This document shows, in pieces, positions 15,700-24,127 of a DNA stretch of 43,741 nt (positions are counted from its first letter, which is position 1; each line of letters opens with the position of its first letter). The notes beneath the pieces were generated by a model, which worked only from the letters and a program-made list of their open reading frames with translations, was not told the DNA's origin and ran no database searches. Source of the DNA: Actinomycetota bacterium (GTDB taxonomy: Bacteria > Actinomycetota > Thermoleophilia > Gaiellales > Gaiellaceae). Position numbers and translations under genes: made by a program. Location of the stretch: positions 1 to 43,741 of the forward strand of contig JBKOXJ010000129.1 of assembly GCA_046724905.1 (NCBI GenBank), written 5' to 3'.

Positions 15700-15992
15700 T
15701 CCGGGTCGTTCTGCCGTACCACCTCCGGAACCTCGCCCGCGTCGACGGCGAGGTGCAGCTCGACGCGCAGCAGACGCCGACGGTGCGCACGGTGCTCGAC
15801 GCGCTGGAGTCGAGCTACCCCGTTCTGCGGGGGACGATCCGCGACCACGGCACGGCCAAACGGCGCGACTTCATCAGGTTCTTCGCCTGCGGGCGCGACA
15901 TCACGCTCGAATCGCCGGACGATCCGCTTCCCGAGGAGGTTGCCTCGGGCAAGGAACCGTTCCGCGTGCTGGGCGCGATGGCCGGCGGCTAG
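15696..15992 (+). CDS. MoaD/ThiS-family ubiquitin-like beta-grasp protein ending in Gly-Gly
   Basis: The GTG at 15696 overlaps the propeller stop (GTGA). 98 aa: [33 protein letters not shown]-stop. The size and terminal GG fit sulfur-carrier/Ubl proteins. Confidence 0.7.
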   Translation: MIRVVLPYHLRNLARVDGEVQLDAQQTPTVRTVLDALESSYPVLRGTIRDHGTAKRRDFIRFFACGRDITLESPDDPLPEEVASGKEPFRVLGAMAGG

Positions 15993-16010
15993 GAAGCACT
16001 AGCCGCCGGC
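15981..16010. terminator. perfect 12-bp inverted repeat spanning two convergent stop codons
   Basis: GCCGGCGGCTAG (15981-15992) / CTAGCCGCCGGC (15999-16010) with a 6-nt loop. The stops of the + gene (TAG 15990-15992) and the - gene (15991-15989) share the tetranucleotide CTAG. Confidence 0.5.
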
Positions 16011-16609
16011 ACCACCGTCGGAAGCCACGTTCGCACGGCGTCCGCTACCGCGGCGACGTCCGTCTTCAAGCTGTGGTCGCCGGATACCTCCACCACCGTG
16101 CGGCGCGGGCTGGCCGGAGGAACGCCGAACGGGTCTCGCACACCCTGGACAACCAGCGTGGGAACCGTCACCTCGTCGAGTTCGGGGAGACGGCTCGGTC
16201 TCGGGTCCCCGGACCGCCGAGGCGGCTGGAGCGGAAACGCCAGACAGACCACGCCTACCGCACCGGTCGCCTCCGCCGTCCGGCACGCCACGCGCGCACC
16301 CAGGGATCGGCCGCCGACGACCAGCTGCAACCCCTTCAGCTCGTGCTCGCGCAGATGGTCGACGACGGCCGTCCAGGCGGTGTCGAGCTGGCGGGCCGGA
16401 GCCGGGGAGCGCCGCCCGGCGACGCGGTAGGGCTGCTCGACTAGCGCAACGCTGACTCCGACCGCGAGGGCGCCTTCCGTCGCTGCAACCAGATCTCGCG
16501 CCGTGACGCCGCCGCCGGCCCCGTGGCCAAGTACCAGCGCGCCGCGCGGGCGGTCGGCGAGATGCAGGTGGACGTTCGCGGGACCGTAAGGCGTCTCGAC
16601 GTCGAGCAC
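15989..16609 (-). CDS. alpha/beta hydrolase (COG3571 / dienelactone-hydrolase-like)
   Basis: 206 aa. ..VLGHGAGGG.., nucleophile elbow GGRSLGA, and ..GDHSL.. near the C-terminus. GTG start 6 nt after the MmcQ stop. Confidence 0.75.
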   Translation of the reverse strand: MLDVETPYGPANVHLHLADRPRGALVLGHGAGGGVTARDLVAATEGALAVGVSVALVEQPYRVAGRRSPAPARQLDTAWTAVVDHLREHELKGLQLVVGGRSLGARVACRTAEATGAVGVVCLAFPLQPPRRSGDPRPSRLPELDEVTVPTLVVQGVRDPFGVPPASPRRTVVEVSGDHSLKTDVAAVADAVRTWLPTVVPAASAS

Positions 16610-16615
16610 CGCCGC

Positions 16616-17026
16616 TTAGTCCTCCGGGGCGCCGTGCTCCGCGAGCCACGCCTTCGCCACGCGCTTCTGCGCGCGGGTCAGCCACGCCTCGGCCAGCAGG
16701 TCGTGGAGCTCCTCCCGGTCGATTCGGGCCAGGTCCGGGATCCGCACCAACACCGCCGGATAGCCGTCGAAGTGCCGCGTGGTGAAGAAGACACCGCGGT
16801 CGTCCGCGAGCATCAGCTCCTTGATGCCGAGGTCGGCGACGCGGAAGATGAGGACGTCGTCCATCCGCTCGCCCGTCTCCGGATCGATCGCGTCCGGACG
16901 CTGGGTCCGATGACGGCAGAACATCTTCCCGTGAACGGAGTACGACGGCCGCTCGTCGTCCGACACGGCCTTCGTCGTGTGCGGCAGCGACAGCGCGAGC
17001 TCGTCGAGATCGCGCATCGTGCTCAT
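16616..17026 (-). CDS. MmcQ/YjbR-family protein
   Basis: 136 aa. ..LDELALSLPHTTKAV..PSYSVHGKMFC..VLIFRV..FFTTRHFDGYPAVLVRI.. is typical of the family. Confidence 0.8.
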   Translation of the reverse strand: MSTMRDLDELALSLPHTTKAVSDDERPSYSVHGKMFCRHRTQRPDAIDPETGERMDDVLIFRVADLGIKELMLADDRGVFFTTRHFDGYPAVLVRIPDLARIDREELHDLLAEAWLTRAQKRVAKAWLAEHGAPED

Positions 17027-17042
17027 TTCAGCTTAGGCCGGT

Positions 17043-17552
17043 TCAGTTCGAGGCAGACTGCGCGAGGGGCGCGCAGCGCGGCTCGTGCTTCTCGGCGAGG
17101 CGGAGGAGCAGCCCGTGCAGGGCCGCGCGTTCCTTGTCGTCGAGGGGGGCGAGGAACTCGTCTTCGATCTGCCGCGCATGTGCACGCAGCCTCTGGAGCA
17201 TGCGCTTCCCGTCGGCGGTGAGACGGACGAGATGCCGGCGGCGATCGTTGGGATCGCGGCGGCGCTCGACCAGACCGCGTTCCTCGAGCTCGTCCAGCAG
17301 GCCGACGAGCTGGCCACGGTCGTAGCCCAGAGCGTCCGCGATCGCGCCCTGTGTGTCGCGTGAGCCCTCCCCGAGCACGAGCAGGACGGCGTAGTGGTAG
17401 GGATGGAGCCCGGTCGGCTCGTAGGCCTCCATCGCCCGCTCCTTTGCGGCATAGCCCAGGCGCTTGAGCAGGAACGTGGTGGACGCGACGAGCTCCTCGG
17501 GCAGGTGGGGAGCGGATCGCAGGGGTGATGTCTCGGGGCTCGTGACGGTCAT
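17043..17552 (-). CDS. MarR-family transcriptional regulator
   Basis: 169 aa. Winged-helix core ..HYAVLLVLGEGSRDTQGAIADALGYDRGQLVGLLDELEERGLVERRRDPNDRRRHLVRLTADG.. . Confidence 0.85.
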   Translation of the reverse strand: MTVTSPETSPLRSAPHLPEELVASTTFLLKRLGYAAKERAMEAYEPTGLHPYHYAVLLVLGEGSRDTQGAIADALGYDRGQLVGLLDELEERGLVERRRDPNDRRRHLVRLTADGKRMLQRLRAHARQIEDEFLAPLDDKERAALHGLLLRLAEKHEPRCAPLAQSASN

Positions 17553-17580
17553 GCGAAATAGGGTAGCGCGCCCAAGCGTT

Positions 17581-17608
17581 GTGTTGCTGTACAGTTGAAC
17601 AGGTCAAC
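17581..17608. promoter_or_regulatory. candidate MarR operator(s) in the divergent control region
   Basis: Palindrome CTGTACAG (17587-17594), immediately followed by inverted repeat GTTGA-ACAGG-TCAAC (17594-17608), in the 77-nt gap between the MarR and MFS starts. Confidence 0.4.
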
Positions 17609-17629
17609 GATTCGGGAGGTCAAAGTTCG

Positions 17630-19099
17630 GTGAGTCCCACGAGTGACCGGCGTTGGAGCGCACTTGCCCTGATCGTCACCGCGCAGTTCATGGTCATTCT
17701 CGACGTTGCGATCGTGAACGTCGCGCTGCCGTCGATCAAGGCGGATCTCGATTTCTCGCAGACGAACCTCCAGTGGGTGATCACCGCCTACGCGATCATG
17801 TTCGGAGGGGCCCTGCTGCTGGGCGGCAGGCTGGCCGACCTGCTCGGGCGCCGCCGCTTGTTCGTCGCCGGGCTGGCGCTCTTCGCCGTCAGCTCCCTCC
17901 TGTGCGGCCTCGCGTGGTCGGAAGGCTCGCTGATCGCCTTCCGCGCAGTGCAAGGGCTCGGCGGCGCGCTGCTTGCTCCAGCCGCGCTCTCGCTGCTGAT
18001 GACGACCTTCGCCGAGGGCCGCGAGCGCAATCTCGCGCTCGGGATCTACGGTGCGGCATCCGGAAGCGGTGCCGCGGTCGGCGTCCTGCTCGGAGGCCTG
18101 CTGACGTCGTATCTGAGCTGGCCATGGGTGTTCTTCATCAACGTGCCCGTCGGCCTCGTGGCACTTGCACTGACACCGCTCCTGCTCGAGGAGAGTCGCG
18201 CAGAGCTCGGCCATCGGCGCTTCGACTTTCCTGGGGCTGCCTCGATCACCGCCGGCCTGATGCTGCTCGTCTACGCGACGACCCGGGCGACGACGGACGG
18301 TTGGGGCGCGACCACGACGCTGGCGCTCTTCGCCGGCGCGGCGGCTCTCGTGCTCGCGTTCGTCGCGATCGAACTGCGCTCGCGGTCGCCGCTGCTGCCG
18401 CTGCGGATCTTCCGGCTGCGCACGCTTTCCGCCGCAAACGGAGCAATGGCGATCGTCGGTGCGGTCGCGTTCTCGGAGTTCTTCGTGCTGACGCTCTACC
18501 TGCAAGAGGTCCTGCACTACTCGGCGATCCAGAGCGGAGCCGCGTTCGCCGGCTTCGCGCTGGCGGTCGTCGTGGTCTCGAACGTCGCGCAAGCGGTCGT
18601 GTCGCGTCTGGGCGTGCGGCCGACCCTCACGGCCGGGCTGCTCATCTCGGCCGTCTCGGTCGCGATGCTCACGCGGCTGCCGGTGGACGGGCAGTACTTC
18701 TGGGATCTCTTCCCGGCGTTCGTGCTCGGCGGTGCCGGCATGGGCCTCTCGTTCGTCCCGGTGACGATTGCGAGCCTCACCGGGGTCGAGCGTTCGGACG
18801 CCGGTGTCGCTTCCGGGCTGATCAACACGAGCCGCCAGATCGGAGGCGCGATCGGCCTCGCCGCGGCGAGCGCGGTCGCAGCTACCTCGACGAGCCGCTA
18901 CGTCGACGCCCATGCACGCGTCACCGCGGCGAACAGCGCCGCGCTCGACCACGGCTTCCAGACCGCGCTTTACGTCCTCATGGGCCTTCTCCTCGCCGGG
19001 GCGCTGATCACGTTCACCTTCGTCAGGTCGGCGCCGGCTCCGAGCCCGCAGGCACAGCCCGTCGACGGCGAGGCGATCGCCCTCGAGGAGGCCGCCTGA
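17630..19099 (+). CDS. MFS transporter, DHA2 (EmrB/QacA, 14-TMS) drug:H+ antiporter family
   Basis: The GTG at 17630 lies 10 nt after GGGAGG (17614-17619). ..ALALIVTAQFMVILDVAIVNVALPSI.., ..GGRLADLLGRRRLF.. . About 14 TM segments. Confidence 0.85.
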   Translation: MSPTSDRRWSALALIVTAQFMVILDVAIVNVALPSIKADLDFSQTNLQWVITAYAIMFGGALLLGGRLADLLGRRRLFVAGLALFAVSSLLCGLAWSEGSLIAFRAVQGLGGALLAPAALSLLMTTFAEGRERNLALGIYGAASGSGAAVGVLLGGLLTSYLSWPWVFFINVPVGLVALALTPLLLEESRAELGHRRFDFPGAASITAGLMLLVYATTRATTDGWGATTTLALFAGAAALVLAFVAIELRSRSPLLPLRIFRLRTLSAANGAMAIVGAVAFSEFFVLTLYLQEVLHYSAIQSGAAFAGFALAVVVVSNVAQAVVSRLGVRPTLTAGLLISAVSVAMLTRLPVDGQYFWDLFPAFVLGGAGMGLSFVPVTIASLTGVERSDAGVASGLINTSRQIGGAIGLAAASAVAATSTSRYVDAHARVTAANSAALDHGFQTALYVLMGLLLAGALITFTFVRSAPAPSPQAQPVDGEAIALEEAA

Positions 19100-19131
19100 T
19101 GACCACAGCAGCGAAGCGAAGGGGGAGACAC

Positions 19132-19323
19132 ATGGACTACGGCTTCCGTGAGCTCGACGATCTGGTGCTGCACCTGAAAGGCCTCGTGCTCGTGCGAAAG
19201 GTGCGCGAACGACGCGGCGCCGACGCCGCGGAGCTCGCGATGTACGGTGCCGAGATCGAGCGCGTGCGCGACCGGCTCGCGAATCTGGTGAGGACCGGGC
19301 ACCCGGGTCAGGCTGTTGCCTAG
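19132..19323 (+). CDS. small hypothetical protein (63 aa)
   Basis: The ATG at 19132 is preceded by AAGGGGGAG. Strong third-position G+C bias through the frame. Helical-looking sequence MDYGFRELDDLVLHLKGLVL..AEIERVRDRLANLV. No family recognised. An alternative ATG at 19099 overlaps the MFS stop. Confidence 0.45.
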   Translation: MDYGFRELDDLVLHLKGLVLVRKVRERRGADAAELAMYGAEIERVRDRLANLVRTGHPGQAVA

Positions 19324-19334
19324 AAAGGGCCGAG

Positions 19335-19664
19335 ATGACCAAGCTGCCTACGGTGAGTGACCGGATTACCGAGGAGGTCACGTCGTGGCCCGGCGTGACC
19401 GCGGGCCCGGGCAGGCGAGGCGAGTTCGCATTCAAGGTCGACGGCCGCGAGATCGGTCACCTCCACGGGGACCGAGCGGCGCATTTCGCGTTCCCCAAGC
19501 GCGTCTGGCGCGAGCTGAGGGGGCAAGGCCGGATCGAGCCGCACCCGGTGTTTCCCGACTCCGAGGGGCTGGGTGCACGGCGGATCGTCGATGAGGACGA
19601 CGTCCGCGACGTCGTCGCCCTCATGCGGCTCAACTACGATCGCGCAGCCGCGCGGCGACCCTGA
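19335..19664 (+). CDS. small luciferase-domain (DUF5519-like) protein
   Basis: 109 aa. ..VTSWPGVTAGPGRRGEFAFKVDGREIGHLHGDRAAHFAFPKRVW.. matches my memory of this small family. Confidence 0.6.
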   Translation: MTKLPTVSDRITEEVTSWPGVTAGPGRRGEFAFKVDGREIGHLHGDRAAHFAFPKRVWRELRGQGRIEPHPVFPDSEGLGARRIVDEDDVRDVVALMRLNYDRAAARRP

Positions 19665-19672
19665 AGGATCCA

Positions 19673-19689
19673 GGCTGCGAGCCGCAGCC
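19673..19689. terminator. hairpin between convergent genes
   Basis: GGCTGCG-AGC-CGCAGCC, a 7-bp perfect stem, lies between the stops at 19664 (+) and 19692 (-). No U-tract. Confidence 0.4.
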
Positions 19690-19691
19690 CG

Positions 19692-20702
19692 TCAATCCGG
19701 CTGAATCTGCACCTTGAGCGCCTCGCCGGAGCCGGCGAGCGCCAGCGCCTCGGGGAAGCGCTCGATCGGAAACCGGTCGGACAGCAACTGTTTCACATCG
19801 ACGGCGCCGCTCTGGAGCAGCGCGACGGCGTCGTGGAAGGTAAAGCGGAGCGCGAACGAGCCGTAGATCTCGAGATCCTTCCGGTAGACGTCGAAGGGGC
19901 TGACCGCGACGCGCGCTTCGGTGGGATTGACTCCGAAGAAGAGGAGCTTCGCCTCGTTTCGGGCGTGGGTGAACATATGCTCGACGACCGCGGGTACGCC
20001 TGTGCAATCGATGACGACGTCGAACCCGAGCGGCGAGATCTCCCGAAGAGCGTCATCTGCCGCAGGCCCGGCGACCACGGCGTCGTCCGCACCCAGCCGG
20101 CGAGCAGCGGCGACCTTGTCCGGGCGGAGATCGACGACCGCAACGGCGCTCGCGCCGCCGTGCTTGACGAGCTGGAGCATCAAGAGGCCGATCGGTCCGG
20201 CGCCATAGACGAGCGCATTGGCTCCAACAGGGACGCGGAGGCGCTTGAGGCCGTAGACGACGCATGAGATCGGCTCGATGAAGGCAGCGACCTCGTAGTC
20301 GAGATCGTCGATCGCGTAGACGTTGGCCTCCGGCGCGACGACGTACTCGGCGAACCCTCCGTCGCGCGTGACGCCGATCGCGCTCCAACGGAGGCAGTGG
20401 TTCACCTGGCCGCGCCGGCAGTAGAAGCAGCTGCCGCAGAAGACGTTCGGGTTGACGGCGACGCGTTGTCCGACGCGGAGGTCCTCGACGATGTTCGCCC
20501 CGAGCGCGACGATCTCGCCGACGAGCTCGTGTCCGCCGATCAGCGGGAGCGGGCCTCCGAAGTCGCCCTCGAAGATGTGCTGGTCGGTTCCACAGATCCC
20601 GCACGCCGCGACCTCGATCAGGACCTCGTTCGGCCCCGGCTTGGGATCCGGGGCTTCCCGGACCGAGAGCTCGCGCGGCGCCTCGTAGTAGGCCGCCTTC
20701 AC
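19692..20702 (-). CDS. zinc-dependent medium-chain dehydrogenase (sorbitol/threonine dehydrogenase-like)
   Basis: 336 aa. GICGTDQH catalytic Zn motif, the structural-Zn Cys cluster (CGSCFYCRRGQVNHC) and a Rossmann GAGPIG. Confidence 0.9.
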   Translation of the reverse strand: MKAAYYEAPRELSVREAPDPKPGPNEVLIEVAACGICGTDQHIFEGDFGGPLPLIGGHELVGEIVALGANIVEDLRVGQRVAVNPNVFCGSCFYCRRGQVNHCLRWSAIGVTRDGGFAEYVVAPEANVYAIDDLDYEVAAFIEPISCVVYGLKRLRVPVGANALVYGAGPIGLLMLQLVKHGGASAVAVVDLRPDKVAAARRLGADDAVVAGPAADDALREISPLGFDVVIDCTGVPAVVEHMFTHARNEAKLLFFGVNPTEARVAVSPFDVYRKDLEIYGSFALRFTFHDAVALLQSGAVDVKQLLSDRFPIERFPEALALAGSGEALKVQIQPD

Positions 20703-21562
20703 TTGACCGCGCCGAACGTCAGTCCGCGGACGAGGGAGCGCTGCGCGAGCCAGCCGCCGAGAATCACGGGAGCGATCGCCATCGTCGAGGCCGCGGACAT
20801 CTTCGCCCAGAACAGGCCTTCGCTCGTCATGAAGCTGGAGATGAAGACCGGCAGCGTGCCGCTGTTCACGCTTGTCAGGTTGACCGCGAGCAGGAACTCG
20901 TTCCAGCTGAAGATGAGCGACAGGAGCGCCGTCGCCGCCAGGCCCGGCGCGCTCAGCGGCAGCACGAGCTTGACCATGATCTGATCGACGCGCGCACCGT
21001 CCACGATTCCCGCCTCGATGATCTCCCTAGGGAGGTCGGCGAAGAACGAGCGCATCATCCAGATCACGAGGGGCAGGTTCAGGGCCGCGTACAGCAGGAT
21101 CATCCCCAACCGCGTGTCGTAGAGGCTGACCTCCTTGAAGATGACGATCAGCGGGATCAGCGCCCCGACAGCCGGGAGCATCTTCGTCGAGAGGACCCAC
21201 GAGAGCACCCTCGGCGACTGCTTCGAGGGGTGGAACGCGAGGGCGTAGGCGGCAGGGATCCCGAGCAGCAAGGCGAGCAGCGTCGACCCGAACGCGAGCA
21301 GGACCGTGTTCTCGAAGAAGCTCATGTAGTCGGCGTTGAAGACGGTGCGGTAGTTGTCCAGCGTCGCGTGGAACACAAAGACGGGTGGAATGGCCGCTGC
21401 ATCCGCCTCGCTCTTGAACCCCGTCAGGACCGTCCAGAGGATCGGGAAGAACACGAGCAGGGCGATCGCGTAGGTGAGAAGGTTGAGGCCGAGGGCCGCA
21501 GGCTTCACTCGCCGCCGGCGCCGGGGAGCGACGCGCTGGACGCTTTCCGCGCGGGCGCTCAT
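20699..21562 (-). CDS. carbohydrate ABC transporter permease (MalG-like)
   Basis: 287 aa, 6 TM. EAA-type loop (..EIIEAGIVDGARVDQIMVKLVLPL..). 4-nt overlaps with both neighbours. Confidence 0.9.
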   Translation of the reverse strand: MSARAESVQRVAPRRRRRVKPAALGLNLLTYAIALLVFFPILWTVLTGFKSEADAAAIPPVFVFHATLDNYRTVFNADYMSFFENTVLLAFGSTLLALLLGIPAAYALAFHPSKQSPRVLSWVLSTKMLPAVGALIPLIVIFKEVSLYDTRLGMILLYAALNLPLVIWMMRSFFADLPREIIEAGIVDGARVDQIMVKLVLPLSAPGLAATALLSLIFSWNEFLLAVNLTSVNSGTLPVFISSFMTSEGLFWAKMSAASTMAIAPVILGGWLAQRSLVRGLTFGAVK

Positions 21563-22509
21563 GACGTCAACCCGCCTCTGAACGTTCGCATCAGCAGCCT
21601 AAGCAGAAGGGCGGCGATGATCGAGCTGAGGATGATCGCCAGCACGCCTTGCGCGGAGGATGTCCCGACGTCGTTGCCCTGCGAGATCGTCTGGTAGACG
21701 TAGTACGGGAGCGTGGTCGTCTCCGTCCCGGGGCCTCCCTGCGTGGCCACGAAGATCTCGCCGAAGAGCTGGAGGACGTAGATCATCCCCAGCAGTGTCG
21801 CGAGCTCGAAGTACGGCCCGAGCAGCGGGAAGGTGACCCTGCGGAACTCCATGATCGGGCCGGCCCCGTCGATGCGCGCCGCCTCCCGGACCTCGTCCGA
21901 GATTCCCTGGAGGCCTGCGAGGAGGATCAACATCATGAACGGGGCCCACTGCCACACGGCCATCGAGATGATGGACAGCTTCGGATGCACGGCCAGCCAG
22001 TCGACCCGCGCGAAGCCGAGGCTGGTCCAGACCCAGTTGACGAGACCGAAGATCGGGTTCAGGAACAGGTTCTTTTGCACGACGGCGTTCACCGTCGGCA
22101 TCACGAAGAACGGCGCGATCAGCAGGGCTCGTGCCACGCCGCGCAGAGGGAAGTCACGGTTGAGCAGGAGCGCAAACGCGAGCCCGAGCACGAGCGAGCC
22201 GCCGACGATCGCGACCGTGATCACGAGCGTGTTGACGACGGCCGTCCAGAAGATCGGATCCTCGGTCAGGGTGTAGCGGTAGTTGTCGAGCCCGACCCAC
22301 TGATGGCCGAGCTCGGGCGAGGTGAGGATCCAGTTGTGGAAGCTGTACCAGAGGGTGAGCAGGAACGGCGCCTGCGTCATCACCGCCAGGTAGAGGAGCG
22401 CGGGCAGGAGGAGCGCGATCGTCCGAAGGCGCCCCGAGCGCAAGAACGTCCACCGCCTGCCGCGCGCCGCGACCGCCGGATGAGCCAGAGACGGGGAGCG
22501 CGCGTTCAT
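21559..22509 (-). CDS. carbohydrate ABC transporter permease (MalF-like)
   Basis: 316 aa, 6 TM. EAA loop (..EVREAARIDGAGPIMEFRRVTFPLL..). Confidence 0.9.
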   Translation of the reverse strand: MNARSPSLAHPAVAARGRRWTFLRSGRLRTIALLLPALLYLAVMTQAPFLLTLWYSFHNWILTSPELGHQWVGLDNYRYTLTEDPIFWTAVVNTLVITVAIVGGSLVLGLAFALLLNRDFPLRGVARALLIAPFFVMPTVNAVVQKNLFLNPIFGLVNWVWTSLGFARVDWLAVHPKLSIISMAVWQWAPFMMLILLAGLQGISDEVREAARIDGAGPIMEFRRVTFPLLGPYFELATLLGMIYVLQLFGEIFVATQGGPGTETTTLPYYVYQTISQGNDVGTSSAQGVLAIILSSIIAALLLRLLMRTFRGGLTS

Positions 22510-22539
22510 CGGACGGTGAGCGGGTCCATTGTCACGGGA

Positions 22540-22572
22540 GATGAGGGCGAACGGAAGCCGTTCGCCCTCATC
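22540..22572 (-). terminator. strong intercistronic stem-loop after the binding-protein gene
   Basis: GATGAGGGCGAACGG-aag-CCGTTCGCCCTCATC, a perfect 15-bp stem with a 3-nt loop, lies 17 nt downstream of the binding-protein stop and upstream of the first permease gene. Confidence 0.6.
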
Positions 22573-22588
22573 CGGTGGGACCGCTTCG

Positions 22589-23962
22589 CTACTTGATGTA
22601 CCCCGCTTGCTTCATGATCCGCGTCACCTGCGCCTGCGAGATCGACAGCGCAGAGTCGACGCTCGTCTTGCCGGCAACCGCCCCCGCGAGGTTCTGGGTC
22701 ACGAGGGTTCCGATGCGCTGGAACTCCGGGATGCCGACGAACTGCACCCCGACGTACGGCACCGGCTTCAGCGTCTGCTTCGTCGGGTCAGCTGTGAGCA
22801 TCGAGTTGAAGACGATGCTCTCGAACGCCGCGGCGGCCTTCTTGTAGTTGGGATTCTTGTAGGTCGAGATGCGAGTGCCGGGCGGGACGCCGCCCCAGCC
22901 CTTCTTTGCCGCGACAAGCTTGATGTAGTCCTTGCTCGTTGCCCACGTGAGGAACTTGAAGGCGGCGTCCTTGTGCTTGCTCGGCCCTTCGATCGTCAGC
23001 GACCACACCCACAGCCAGTGCGACCCACGCGGCGTCACCGCCGTCGGGGCGTAGGCGAAGCCGATGTCCTTCGCCACCTTCGACGCGCTCGGGTCGGACA
23101 GCTGGCCTGCGGCGACGGTGGCATCGACCCACATGGCCGTCCGGCCCTGGGCCATCGCCGTCTCGCACTCGGTGAAGCCGCTGCTCGTCGCGCCGGGCTC
23201 GCCGTACTGGCGCACGAGGTCGACGTAGAACTTGACCGCTTTCTTGAATTCCGGCGAGGTCAGCTGCGGTTTCCACTTCATGTCGAACCAGCGGCCGCCG
23301 AAGGTGTTGATCACGGTCGTCAGCGGCGCGCCGAACTCGCCCCAGCCGGGGAGCGCGCGCAGGCAAATGCCGTACCGGTTCGCCGACTTCTTGTCGAGCT
23401 TCGCCGCGAACGACCGGATCTGAGCCCAGGTCGGATGGACCGGCATCTTGAGCCCGGCGTCGGCGAAGTACTTCTTGTTGTAGTAGGTCATCGAGCTCTC
23501 GCCGTAGAACGGGAGGGCGTACAGTCCTCCCTTGTACGACAGGCCGAGGCGAACTTTCGGAATCACGTCCTTCAGGTTGTACGCCTTCGACGCGGCCGGG
23601 CTCAGCCTCGCGAAGTAGGGGTTGAGGTTGACGATCCACTTGTTCTTCGCCCAGATGGGAACCTCGTACGTCCCCACCGTTACGATGTCGAACCGGCCTC
23701 CGCCGGTTGCGATGTCCGACGTGGCCTTCTGACGGAGGGTGTTCTCCGGCAGCAATACGTACTTCACCTTGATGCCGTACTTCTTCGTGAACGTCGAGGT
23801 GAGCGACCGCATCAGGATCATGTCTGGGTTGTTGACGGCCGCGATCGTGATCGTCACCTGCGCTCGTCGTGAGACGGAATGGGCGCTACCGACCGCAACG
23901 AGCACGGCGAGACCGAGCACGATGCCGCCGCTCAGACTCATCGCCAGACGGGACAAACGCAT
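22589..23962 (-). CDS. ABC transporter extracellular solute-binding protein (family 1, polyol/sugar type)
   Basis: 457 aa. N-terminal signal/anchor. Resembles sorbitol/mannitol-type binding proteins (..GGLYALPFYGESSMTYYNKKYF.., ..VGIPEFQRIG..). Confidence 0.9.
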   Translation of the reverse strand: MRLSRLAMSLSGGIVLGLAVLVAVGSAHSVSRRAQVTITIAAVNNPDMILMRSLTSTFTKKYGIKVKYVLLPENTLRQKATSDIATGGGRFDIVTVGTYEVPIWAKNKWIVNLNPYFARLSPAASKAYNLKDVIPKVRLGLSYKGGLYALPFYGESSMTYYNKKYFADAGLKMPVHPTWAQIRSFAAKLDKKSANRYGICLRALPGWGEFGAPLTTVINTFGGRWFDMKWKPQLTSPEFKKAVKFYVDLVRQYGEPGATSSGFTECETAMAQGRTAMWVDATVAAGQLSDPSASKVAKDIGFAYAPTAVTPRGSHWLWVWSLTIEGPSKHKDAAFKFLTWATSKDYIKLVAAKKGWGGVPPGTRISTYKNPNYKKAAAAFESIVFNSMLTADPTKQTLKPVPYVGVQFVGIPEFQRIGTLVTQNLAGAVAGKTSVDSALSISQAQVTRIMKQAGYIK

Positions 23963-24007
23963 CTTTCGCTCCCTTCGTCGAGCCCCCGGCGCCGGGGCGG
24001 GAAGATC

Positions 24008-24127
24008 TAGTGCGTTGTGTTATCGATCACGCGTCGAGGGCGGTATCCATAACACGCACTAAATTCGCTGTCAAGGCTGCATCGAGCACATGATTTCGGC
24101 GTGTTGGTGTGGTATTTATCTCACACC
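24008..24127. promoter_or_regulatory. A/T-rich divergent control region with inverted repeats (candidate LacI operators)
   Basis: TAGTGCGTTGTGTTAT (24008-24023) pairs with ATAACACGCACTA (24049-24061): 13 matching positions with a 3-nt bulge. An ATCGAT-centred partial palindrome follows the left arm. A second repeat, GGTGTG (24106-24111) / CACACC (24122-24127), lies just before the LacI start. Confidence 0.45.

Noticed and set aside
17549-19435. Very long antisense or overlapping ORFs. Examples: 17549-19435 (-), 25891-27471 (-), 33854-35527 (-), 41862-43481 (-), 188-964 (-), 17653-19323 (+) and 11722-12768 (+).
   Set aside because: Their translations are Arg/Pro/Gly/Ala-rich and low in complexity, with no motifs. 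They overlap genes with clear family signatures on the other strand or frame. Long stop-free alternative frames are expected at this G+C content.
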